Source of the DNA: Paraspadella gotoi
Taxonomy: Eukaryota; Animalia; Chaetognatha
Length of the DNA: 64,000 nt
Direction: 5' to 3'
Assembly: GCA_051294375.1 (NCBI GenBank)
Contig: CM119268.1
Coordinates: 11,366,200-11,430,199 of the forward strand
Positions within the stretch are counted from its first letter, which is position 1, and each line of letters begins with the position of its first letter. The translations under genes and the position numbers were made by a program. The notes below the pieces were generated by a model. It was not told where the DNA came from, did not search any database, and worked only from the letters and a program-made list of their open reading frames with translations. Below are positions 27,353 to 40,515 of the stretch, in pieces.

Positions 27353-29197
27353 CCAGGCCCAAATCGCGCTGGGGAGATGATTTCCAAAATGCGGTCATGA
27401 GGGAAACGAAAAGTGACAGCTTAAGTCGAAAACGGATTGTCGTTTCATCGCTTCGGTGTCGTCGTCGTCGTCGTCGTTTGCTAACTCTGTGATGTCATTG
27501 TTGATACAAATCGTCATAATTTTTAATCAAGTTAATCGATTAACAGAAGTGATGACCAGAACGTCAAAAGAGAAAAAAAAAAAAAAAAAAAAAAAAACAA
27601 ACGTCACTCTCTCGAAATCGGTAATTAAATTTCAACGCGTATTGACATTCATGCGCTCGTGACTTTTTTTGGGACGCATAACAACGGTTAAAAATAATCG
27701 ATGGAAGGAACGACGATGACGACGACGATGACGACGACAACCCCTGCTCCCGCCAATATGACCGAGTATCTCGAACAAAAGTTTCCATGGGAACAGAAAA
27801 GAAAAAAAAAAAGAAAAAAAAACAAAGAAAAGGCTTCGTCAGCAGGTGCCGTCCCCTCCCTCCGTATTTGCGGTAGCTCGTCTTCGCGCATGCGCATGTA
27901 ACTAAACGCGCGTGCCAGCGCATGCGTCCTACATTTTCTTTTTCTTTTTCTTTTTTTTCGCCGGCGTCGACAGTTACGATTGGTCCGGACGATCGAAGAT
28001 CCGACGTTGCCGATCGGTCGGAACAACGATCATTAAACGCCACGGAATTGAGAAAGTTTGGCGCCACGCCACGATTACGCCACGATCTTCGAATAGGCAA
28101 TAGCTCTCTGGCGTTCTTTGGCGCCACCGGAAGTGGAACAATGGGGCGCATTGTAATCCGCTAATGCGTTCGGTTGTAGTCAGAAAGAGAGACATCTGTG
28201 AGACGCCGAGAGCGATGGGGTCATAACCATGCGCAAGGTGACCTCAACTGCATCCTCCCCTAGAATCGCACGGCATTCAGCCGACTTGAAACGACCGGAC
28301 GCCTGCGTAGCCCCAGAGGGTGAGTGACTGTAGATCGGAGAATATAGGGAACCACGAGACAGTCATAACTATGCGTTCATCCGCAGGTTAGGCCTGGACC
28401 AGTTTCGATGTCCGTCCTTTTAATCGCGACGCCTCGTGTGGGGCTGATACACTGAAACGTAGTCTATGTGGCCGACGAGGGTGGGCGGGTGCAGCGCGCG
28501 GATGGGAGGTCTGTGCTGACAGTATCTGTGGTGGGGGGGGTGTAATGAGAAGTGGACAAAATTAATAAAAAATATGGTTCCTGAACGTAACCCTCGCCAG
28601 CTAACCAACCAAACTCACAAGAATTCCCACCTACTGGATCTGTCGCTGGGCACTGGATGTAACAAAACCGTTAATAGTATGCATGCTAATGCTGAGGAAA
28701 TGGGTAACGAAGTGGTTGGTATAGGGTGGGTGTGGGATGTGATTCGGAAAACCAGGGGTGTGTGAGTGAGAGTGGGGCGGAGGTGGTGTCTGTGGTTGGT
28801 GGACGTGGGTGTGGGTTAGCCGTTCACCTATGATGAAACGCGAAGAGCGTAAGGAGTCAAAAGGATGAACCGTAGTTCTAACCGTTCGAATGAATGACAG
28901 ACCAAATATCAACAAGTCATTGTATAGTATATACATAATAATCTACAATCGACTGTCGGAATGCCGAGAAAAAAATTCATGCGTCACCTCTAAAACCTAG
29001 AACGAAACTTAACAATTGCAACTGAAATTAAACAATTTTTTTTTTCAAGCTATTTGATTTAAAAAAAGCATTTGATCAAAATATAATCTGTATTATTTGT
29101 AATACATGTATACTTTTCAACAAATATTTAATAATAACTCACCCTTGCGCCCGTCGAATGAAGCGGCCAACACGAGAGCGACTATGAAAAAATTCAT
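20282..29197 (-). CDS. Probable 5' exons of the LG-domain gene: signal peptide, Pro/Ser/Thr-rich stalk and linker
   Basis: Exon 29197-29143 is MNFFIVALVLAASFDGRK-G|gtgagt (phase 1). Exon 23436-23143 (tttgcag|...|gtgagc) reads GDAYSVMTDVILTATVTSHNPLTPPRVTP...ETTTTTTTRPNFVFAEIVDGRQMME and needs one extra base. Exon 20409-20282 (VDIDWPLTRYQ...VEEEEE|gtaagt) ends in phase 0, matching the exon at 15155. Confidence 0.55.
20771..21481. mobile_element. MITE with terminal inverted repeats of about 33 bp and TA target duplication (Tc1/mariner type)
   Basis: Left end TA-ccccgtgagccaaaacggatgatacgaaagaaa; right end tttctttcttatcatcggatttggctcacgggg-TA; non-coding AT-rich interior. Confidence 0.8.
21612..21763. 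repeat. Tandem repeat, unit about 50 bp
   Basis: gcagtttcaaag(a/c)ttgaataa(a/g)gaagagtcaagcagaaagaaagacattt repeated about 2.5-3 times. Confidence 0.8.
25450..25705 (+). repeat. Dispersed repeat family A, copy 2
   Basis: Aligns with 12290-12545 (tgaaattggtac, attcatttaataaataag, ttattcactccc, aatgtttcaattgtat..aaagacca). Confidence 0.8.
26436..26790. repeat. Long degenerate (CT)n microsatellite; others at about 10845, 13586, 16597, 19960, 27258, 29548, 54939 and 62891
   Basis: Directly visible (CT)n/(GA)n tracts. Confidence 0.95.
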
Positions 29198-29479
29198 CGC
29201 CTCGTTTTTGTGCTGAATTTGAATTCCGGGATGAATTTTTGAAAATTAAAATTAAAAAACAACTGATCCACGGGTTTTCGCAAGGTTAAAATCGAGCTGG
29301 TTATTGTTTTCGACAATTTTTATAAGCGGTAATTTCCAGTTTTCGTCGCGATGAGGAATAAGAAAGAATTTCGTCACATATGATTTATTGTAATTTTTTT
29401 TTTTAAATAATCAAAGTTATTAATCAAAGTTATTAATCTCCATCGTTTGTCTCCATCAAGATTCGTCGGCGAAAAAGCG

Positions 29480-29563
29480 AAATCGCGCGCAAGGAGGAAG
29501 TTTCCTCTGGACGCGGTCGCGATTCTCGTCTCGCGAACGCGCGAATCGAGAGAGAGAGAGGAG

Positions 29564-29624
<61 letters not shown>

Positions 29625-29700
29625 AGAGAGAGAGAGAGAATCGCGCGGGACCGGTCACGTGACGGGCAATCTCGTTACGACGGAAGTGAAGGAGGAGGGG
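29480..29700. promoter_or_regulatory. Putative shared promoter region between the divergent LG gene (-) and homeobox gene (+)
   Basis: CpG-rich patch with the perfect palindromic E-box GTCACGTGAC (29654-29663), the ETS motif CGGAAGTG (29681-29688) and a (GA)n tract. Confidence 0.4.
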
Positions 29701-30843
29701 GGGGTTGAAATGGATGAAAGCGGCATGAGGGGGGGGGAGAGGGAAGAGGGAAAGCAATTAAGCTAGAGGCTTGTAGTCCTCATTACGAAGTTTAAGAAAT
29801 GCGATGGTTTTAATAAAAAGCATTTTTTTTCTTTCTCTACGAAAATACGACGTACGTATTTTACGTATTGTACGCATTGTCTGAATAAATCCAAATTCGA
29901 CGAGGAATCTTTGTCGGAAGGCAGATCCGTCTAAGTTTGGCCCGGATTCCATTTCGGTTTGAGTTTAATCGAATTTGAGAATCGACTCGAATAAAAGTGT
30001 CCATTCATCACTTGCGGGTTCATGAGAAGGGTTTAAAAATCTAGTCGACCTCAGTTTGAACCCCATTTAACTTTCATGCCGCAAACGAGTCAAAGTTTGG
30101 CTCAAGTTTTATCGTTATCATAATCATCATCATCATCAACAACAACTACAACGACGCCATCTTCACATCGGTAATACCAAGACGGTTGTTCCACATTCTC
30201 GGAGCTCAGTCACCGTGAAGGAACAATCACAGCCACAGGTGAGATAAAGAATTGGAGAGGAATGGATAGGCATAGGAAGAAGCGGATGAAATGGATTATG
30301 AATCTTGGCAGGTTGAGTCATGCTTAGCCATTCAGGATGGAACGGGGAAGGGATTCTGCTTGGACTTTTCTTACTATTTTTGTTATTTGTTATTTGTTAT
30401 TTTTTCGTTCTGTAACAGGTTTGCTGAGGATATTGTCTATGAAAATATTATTTTTAGTATACCGATCTGTTATTATTATTACGTTATTAAGCACTGAAAT
30501 TATGAAATGATTTTGTAATGATTTTCTAGTACTACTATACTATCATATGACAAGAAATTTTCTATTCGGAATAATTGAAATTGTGACCAGAATTCGAAAC
30601 CATATTCCGAAAAAATCGTTATAAAAAAAAATAACAATAAATAAATAAATATCTCACTCCCCAGAACCATAAACAATCAAACAAACAACTAAACTTTTCG
30701 TTCATACAATTCAAGTTTACTTAGTGCGATTAGCTACTTTTGTTTTATATAACTTGAATTTATAAATAAAACTATTTTCTTCGGCTTTTTTCGTCATCGA
30801 ATCATTTTTTTTTAATAAAAGCGATCAGCCCCATATTTTCATT

Positions 30844-31710
30844 ATGACGTTCTACCATCGCGGTCAACCTCTGCCGACGCAGATTGAGACGGCGCCGATG
30901 TCCAATGTTACCGCTATTGAGGCGTGGTCGGCCTCGATCCCGTTGGCGCCACTGAGAGCGCCGACTGTGGCGCCCGTCCCTTCCATCTCGACCTCCCCTT
31001 CGATTCTGGGCCATTTCTTTAAGCATCCGCTGCAGATGCAGCAACAACAGCAGCAGCGTCGCTTTGACCAGCCGCCGCAACGCAGCGTCGGAGAACAACA
31101 GCAAGAATTTCGGGTCAAAAGCGAAACGTCGCTTCTAAACAACGGAAATGGATCCGAAAACGTCACAAGTCAGTGTTTGTTAATATTTAATTTTTAATTA
31201 TCCCAAGTAAACTTTCTAGTTTCCGTGATGGTCATGTTTGTTTTTTTTTGCTTTTAGTCGTCATCCTACCACAGAATGAGGCGTACCAAGTGTTGAACGG
31301 TATGAATACCAACCGGAGCCTCCTTACTGATGGTCTTTCGACCAAAAGACGTATCAGGTGGGAAATTTTGACAGATATATAGACAAACAGATATAGATAT
31401 AGATACTAAACAATAAGGGGAAAAAAGAAAAAAGAAGGAAATCCACGGCCACCCCCAAACACCCCTGCCACCACCTTTTTCCAGGACGACCTTCAAGCAA
31501 GTCCAACTGGAGGAGATGGAGCGGGAGTTTCTCCAGAATCCCTTTCCGGATGTTTGGACCCGGATGTCGTTGGCTGCGCGTCTCAACCTCAGCGAATCCT
31601 CCGTCCAGATTTGGTTTCAGAATCGACGCGCCAAGATGAGGAAGGATCCGGGTCGCGGGATCAAGGCATATAGACCGCATCGCTCCAGTGAGGAGGGTTG
31701 GGGTAGATGA
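30844..31710 (+). CDS. PRD-class (Q50 paired-like) homeobox protein
   Basis: Exons 30844-31168, 31258-31357 and 31485-31710 splice in frame. Homeodomain: [59 protein letters not shown] further exon may lie at about 31927-32270. Confidence 0.85.
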
Positions 31711-33434
31711 GAAGATGAGCTCCAGGTTAATTAGCAATAGTGAGTTGGAGCAAGCGATTGTGACTCGGTCATTCCGCTCTAGCGAGTTCGAGGAAGTGTT
31801 CCCGTTCACTATCAAGGTCATTTCGTTCCTTGCAGTCGAATGAAATCGAAAGGAAAATTAAAAAAAAAATCAAATTGAGAGACGAAAGGACAAAGTCACT
31901 TCCTCTTCCTCCTCATTCCCTCACAGACTCGTATCTCTGTCGAAAGCGTGAAACTAGCGAGAAGAAGAATTTCGGCGCCAAAGCTTTCGATAACTACGCC
32001 GAGAAACGGCGTCAGGTTCCGGTCTCGAAGCGTACCGCCAACGCCCCTCGTTCCGTCGCGGGTGCCACCTTGCCTGGCAGTTCGCCTGACGATCCCATAG
32101 AGATAACCCACGATTTTATCAACGATTCCGGCGCCGCCTGGATGGGAGGCGCCGTTGACTCGGGTTTTGTCGACAAGGCCGCCGGCGACAGCATGGTCAG
32201 GAGTGCAGACGAAAATTCGTTTTCAATGGCTGACTCGTCAGAGAGCGAGGTGGTCCTCTTGCCGCCCGAGGTATATGGGATTATCTTCCGTTTCTAGAAA
32301 TCTGTCTTTGTCTCCTCTCTCTTTTTCATCGACATTGATCTGGTCTTTTTTTTTTTCAGGATTCTTCTGTCGATCAATGAATAATCTTAATCGACTTTCG
32401 CCTCTGCCTGTGGTCGGTTTTCATCGCCGACGACGACGTTAATACAGATGGTGACGGTTTACAATTTATTTTCGACTCAAGATCAGATGTCTATTTTACT
32501 TTTTAGATTAAAGAAAAAGAGGACAAAAATTTGCATATTTAGTTTGGTTTTATGACGCATCCTGGTTCGTTACCGTTGCACCAATTGGCTTCATTTGGTT
32601 TCATCGATGATTAAATGTATTAATATTTTTTTTTTCGTTTCATCTTAATCAGTTAATGTTAGGAAATTAGAATTGAAATTAAGAATTTCTAGGCCTTTGT
32701 TTATTTCAATTTTTCACGGTCCGGAACTTCTTAGAACTTCTTAAAAACCCGTACAAACTACCGATTAACCCACTTCGTCTCCAACCAAGCATCGAACAAT
32801 CCAAGCAACCAAACCATTCAACCTATCCAACCAACTAATTGGCGCCGAGGCCGAAAGATCAAAAGCGGTTCGAGCCGCGTCAATTGGCGCATTCGTAGGC
32901 GGTTCGCGCGCCACCCACTCCGCTCCGGTCAGTCGGCTCTCAACACAAATCAATTTGCGTTGTCCGAAGGGCAAGGGAGAGAAGGCAAGGGGGGGGGGGA
33001 TGCGGAGAGTTAGGTTCCAAGTTCGGTCGGCGATATCAGGGCGTTTTTCACTCGGCCGTGGTTCGACTGGTCAGAGCGATTGGCGAGGAAGGGAGATCGG
33101 GATTCCGGGACGGGGAAAAGTGGCGTAATTGCGATGGGATCTCGGGCCGCCGATCCGAATTTAATTTGGATCAACGCGGAAAGAAGCGAAATTGGGTTTT
33201 GGTGAAACGAACGAAAGAGATAGAATAAAATAATAAAATACATACAATAGAATATCGGATGAAATTAGAAATAAATGAATAAAAGAAGGAATAACTAGAA
33301 AAGTATGGCAACAGCCGCGATTCGACGTTTTGGTTTAAAAGAGAGAGAGAGAGAGGCGACATATAATAAAAGAGGAGATGAGAGAGAGAGAGAAGAGACA
33401 TATATTTAAAAGAGAGAGAGATATGTCTAATGTC

Positions 33435-33625
33435 TATGTATGTAAAAATTGTTTTGTAAAAAAAACAAACAAATGAGTGGAGGAATATGAAACGTGTGAA
33501 TCTAAAAGATCTTGCTGATTAAAAGCTTTATATAAATTTCTAACTTCCTATGGTTACACACTTGAGCTATTTTCTATGTTAAAACAGCGTGATGACGACG
33601 ACGACGACGACAACGACGATCAAAA
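33435..33625 (+). repeat. Dispersed repeat family B (second copy at about 38090-38270)
   Basis: Both copies share aaacaaacaaatg...taacttcctatggttacacactt...agcgtgat(g/t)acgacgac. Confidence 0.75.
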
Positions 33626-34194
33626 GAAGCAGAAACGAATTAACATCTCGCCCAAGTCGGGAATTCGCCCGTCTGGCGAGATAAAAAAAATTAAAACAAT
33701 TGCGATACACCGTTTTTCCCGAAAACTGCTTAGACATGTAAATTATAAAAATGTATCTACTTTATTATGACTCGCTTTTGTCTCGGATTACGTCGAATCC
33801 GTAATTATTATGAACTTATTGAAAAACCTGTTTAACAACCAGATCAAAACGATTCGTTGTGGCGAAAAATGCGGATAATAAAAAATCAATTGTCGTAGTC
33901 GAAGTTGAACACGAAATCAAACGACATAACAGTGCAAACCGGTGACTGACACGTCTATTTGAATATTTCGATTATATCTGAATTTCAAAAGTTAAAATGC
34001 AATGCCACACATGGAGACAATAATATTCGGTATATAATACCAAGATATTTCTCTAATTACGAATTCTCTAATTCCTCTACTTAACAAAGAATTTAACTTC
34101 TCGCTAACGCTTAACTTTTAATACAAATTATTACGAAAAGTATCCCTTCAAAAACTGAAGTGAAAGTAAATTATATCCGCCATCTCCACCGATT

Positions 34195-35490
34195 ATGGCG
34201 CCCTCCATCTCCAGCCTCTCGTCGACCTTCTACTCCAGTCCCAAAGCCAATTGCGTCTTCCTTTCCTTTTTGACGGCTCTGAGTTGGTCATATTTTGATC
34301 TCCTGTCCGGGACGCTTCTCTCCCTCGACCCTAACGTCATCATGATACTTTTGGGCCTCAGCCTTGGCTCAGTTGGTGTTGTGGGCGTCTTAATCGACCC
34401 AGGAGGCTTCGTAGAGCCGTTGCGGCGCTGGAGAAACTGGGTGGTGCTCTTTTTCTTCGGCTTTACCATCGTCGGTGACAGCATTACCTACGTGATCGCG
34501 CAGAGGGTGAGGAAGTGCAATGTTTTGTGAAAAGAATCGATTGAGAGGATTGTACATCGGTGATACAACGTTAAGATTTGCACGAAAGGGATTTTGATGA
34601 ATATTTTGATTTGATATTTTGGTTGTGGCAAGACAGCTATGCCGTCCTGAAACTCGAATTGTAAAAGGAATAAATTAAAAAGTACGCACGTAAGATTAGG
34701 TTAAAAGCGACAAAAAGTGCAGTAATATGCAGTATATACCCTGATGTTCTCTCCCCCACTTTTCTCCAGCACGTTCCTCTCGGCGACGTTAGCCTCTTCT
34801 ACAATCTCAGCGTCGTCTACACTTCCTTCATGGATTCCCTCTATCGTCGACGCCTTCCCACGCGGTCGCAGGGCATCGGCCTGCTCCTCTGCCTTGTGGG
34901 CGTGTCTCTCGTCACGCAACCCTCTTTTCTATTCGGGTCTCTCTACCCCGCCGCCGCCGAAGTAAAGACTGGAACGAACACCGGCTACTTTTTCGCATTT
35001 TTGTCGGGAGTTTCCGTTGCTATCGGTTATATTATTATTGGCATCTTCAAGGAGTTGCCTTCGTCGGTGAGAATTATTTATTTTGTAAATGTTTTGGAAA
35101 AAAATCGTTATCTTGGAACCAAATACAAAGCTTCACAAGAAAATGTCAATATATTTCAAGAGTAAAAATCATTCTCTGCATTATTAATAATAATAATAAT
35201 AATATCAAATTTTAATTGCTCAAATTCTCGTTCATTCTTTGGTAATAATGTAATTCTAAAACAATGTATGGAATTTGAACAACCAATTTAAAAATTATCC
35301 ATTCATTTAATAAATAAGCTATCTTGCTCCTGACTTTGAATAGTCTTTGGTGGTTTGAGGCCTCCATCATTCTTACAAGATAATGACATGTATTCTTTGA
35401 GAGTCATCGCATGTACCGAGATAATGAATTAGATAGAGATTACACATGGGAGTACAGGTACAGTATTTTTATTTATGACCAATATTTCGA

Positions 35491-35521
<31 letters not shown>

Positions 35522-36636
35522 TTTTGCTCTGTGTATTAACTTACTCATTTGGCCCTGAAGATGATCTGTCCAATGGATCGAAATATTGGTCATAAATAAA
35601 AATACTGTACCTGTACTCCCATGTGTAATCTCTATCTAATAATGACATGCAATTCTAAGACTCGACCTTCGATCAGGCTTATTTGATCTCCGGCGGAGTG
35701 GCCGACATGTGTTACGCCTTCGTTGCCTTAGGCGTCAATGGGTACGTGGGCATAAGTCCGCCACCAATTCTCTTTTTGTCAATGGCATCGCTGATGGTGA
35801 TGGATTCTATGGGAAGGTAAGTTAAGAAGAAAAAAAAAATCAAAACTTTTTTTTTCCTACAGAGAAAAGGTAAATTTTGGTTTCAGTGACTAGAACCTTT
35901 TTTACCTTTTTAAGTTACGGATTATGGGTGGATATAAAGTAGTTATGGATTAAGTGTGGTTAGGGGTTGATGGTGATCAGGGATTAAAAGTGGCAAAAGG
36001 TGATTAAGTAGTAGTTGTAAGGGAGATTAGGGTTAAGAATGGGTTTTGAAAAAGTTTTTTTGTTTTCTTACCAATGTTTACTTTTTATTGTAATCAGTAA
36101 TATCTATCTTACTTAAATGATAGTTGCTTGTAAAAAAAAAATCTTGAACAGTTAATGTAAAATTTTTCCGAAATCAAAGCATTTACTGTTTGAGATGTTT
36201 TATAATTTATTATTGTTATATTTTTTTTGGGGGCCTATAAATTTGTAAATTCGTATGCGGCTAATAATCCATAAAGTTTCACCAAGCAAACTTTATTCGA
36301 TTCGATCCCCTTTATTCATCTTAAACCATTTGGAAAGACTTCCGTTTCCTTTAAAACAGGATAACCAACCTCCTCGCCAACAAATCGCACAGTCCAACTC
36401 TGATGGTGTTGATCACCGCGACCCAGACCCCCATGTCCTACGCCTGGAGTTGGATCTTTTTCGGCCAAAGTTTAAACGCCGTCAAGTTCGTCGGCATCTC
36501 GCTCGTCATCGCCGCCGTCGTCGTCGTCATTGTCGGCAACAGCGGAAACGTTTCGGCCGACGAGGAGGAAGAGCCGGAGGAAGAGGAGATGCCGTTGAAG
36601 GATGAGAACACGCGGGACGAAGGACGTTCACGTTAA
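34195..36636 (+). CDS. EamA/DMT-superfamily (SLC35G-like) transporter, paralogue 1
   Basis: Multi-TM exons at about 34195-34506, 34769-35067, 35678-35816 and 36360-36636, with motifs YVIAQ/xVPLGDV, LVTQPSFLF and TQTPMSYAWSWIFFGQSLNAVKFVGISLVIAAV. Confidence 0.75.
35275..35390 (+). repeat. Dispersed repeat family A, copy 3, interrupted by a Penelope-like insertion
   Basis: aaaattatccattcatttaataaataagctatcttg...ggcctccatca..cttacaagataat. Confidence 0.75.
35391..35640 (+). mobile_element. Penelope-like retroelement remnant with inverted pLTR ends
   Basis: Perfect 65-bp inverted repeat (35428-35492 versus 35576-35640), flanked by the duplication aatgacatg (35382-35390 and 35641-35649). Contains a hammerhead core followed by AATAAA. 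Confidence 0.7.
35548..35597 (+). ncRNA. Minimal type I hammerhead ribozyme
   Basis: tggcc-CTGAAGA-t-gatc(tgtccaatg)gatc-GAAA-tat-t-ggtca. Helix I is tggcc/ggtca, helix II is gatc/gatc, and helix III is short and palindromic (AATATT). Confidence 0.7.
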
Positions 36637-37349
36637 CTTATTTATTAATAAGGCGATAAAATTATATCGCGCTATGTTTGTATTATTGCATTGCTCTTTC
36701 TATATAAATGACATTTTTTTCTCGATTCGAAGTGACAATCGCTACATTTTATTATATTAAAAGNNNNNNNNNNAAATCGCACAGTCCAACTCTGATGGTG
36801 TTGATCACCGCGACCCAGACCCCCATGTCCTACGCCTGGAGTTGGATCTTTTTCGGCCAAAGTTTAAACGCCGTCAAGATCGTCGGCATCTCGCTCGTCA
36901 TCGCCGCCGTCGTCGTCGTCATTGTCGGCAACAGCGGAAACGTTTCGGCCGACGAGGAGGAAGAGCCGGAGGAAGAGGAGATGCCGTTGAAGGATGAGAA
37001 CACGCGGGACGAAGGACGTTCACGTTAACTTATTTATTAATAAGGCGNNNNNNNNNNTTTATTATATTAGAAGGCTGTACTTTCAAAAAGCGAAAAGCTA
37101 GTGAAAAAAAAAAGGAGGAATTTTTGTGTAATTTTTTATTCTTATAAGTTATCAATCGCCTTGGCGATTCGGCTCTTAAAAAATCCTTCGTCTTTGTATA
37201 TTCTTAACAAAAAGGAATGGACGGTCTGAGATTCAGCTCGAGACGACTTTGAAGCGCCTCAGTTATAATAACTTATATTATGAAATTGGTATTATATATT
37301 ATAATAACTTATATTATAACTCATCCATGTCGCTCCATATTCTGGATCT

Positions 37350-39334
<1,985 letters not shown>

Positions 39335-40515
39335 ATGCTTTTTTTAAATGGATAATTAACCTAAAAAATTAATCAAATGTGCAGACGGTTTTTTTGGATC
39401 GAGAATAGATCTGAGGACCGGCCAACTTAAACGAATATTAACCAGCTTACAACAGTCTCAGACAGACCCAAAGTCATTCAGATGTTTGATTTTTTAAACA
39501 ATTTCGGTTTTTGTTTATTTTCATTTTGGTTTCACTGTTTTTACACAAGCTACTTTTTGATTAAAAAATAGTCGATGAAAATCTTTCAAAGAAAAAAAGA
39601 CCACTCCTAAACTATTGAATGTTCAGTGTTCTTGGGAGAAAAACTCTTTCGGAATCGTATTCGAGTATAGAAAAGTGAAAGAAAACAGCGCTTAAAAAGA
39701 AAAAAAAGTTTGATCCAAATACGGGGGAAAAAAACGGAAAAAAAAAAGCATGCTGAAGAATTCACCACTATAAATATATATATTCAGCGATTTACCCAAA
39801 GAAAAGAAGTCTCGTCAGGATAATTACAAATTTAAGAGTCATTGCTCGCAGTCGGGATTAGTGATTTGGTTTCTTTTAATTGATCAATGTGAGATCACTC
39901 ATCTAATGTATTTCAAAGCGGTTCTAAACCACAGAGCTCTCATTTCATTAGTTTTTTTCTAGTACAAAAACCTGTTAGTGCAATATAAATATTGAATTTA
40001 AATATTGCTGAAAGATTAACCTGCGTTGGAATCCGCGATAATAACCCGAACCCAAGTACGCAATTGTTAACACCCTATAGAATAGAAAGAAAGATTTAAA
40101 ACCCGTTAAACGTGATCCAGAACCTTTTGTCATTTCCCAACCACGATACCAAAAGAAGTCATTGATCGCTCTCAGAAAATACAAGTAATAAATTGAAAGA
40201 AAAAAAATTTCAACAACCTATCCCAATTTATTTTTCAGTTTATGGTTAACCTTGATTTAAATAAAGATATGTGGAATATACTTTAAAAAAGATAAAAGGA
40301 AGCCAGAATTAAAAAAAAAGAACAAAACAACATCCGCTGTTCGTTGATTCGTATATTACAATAAAGAACGTTATTAATTAACGATCGAGCGAGGTGAATT
40401 TTTTTCCCAAATAAAAAAAGGAAACCATATCGGTAAAACGAGGGGACCCTAGTTTTTTGTCTCGTCAGGCTATCAAAAACGATACTCCCTCCGTCTTCAT
40501 TTGAAACCGACCATA

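Noticed and set aside
32765-33180. GC-rich weak fold-back downstream of the homeobox gene
   Set aside because: Pairing is too degenerate to support, and the sequence may be low quality.
36380-37047. Apparent duplicated last exon of EamA paralogue 1
   Set aside because: The copies are nearly identical and bounded by 10-N gaps, so this is a scaffolding or haplotype overlap artefact, unlike the diverged TRPM cassettes.
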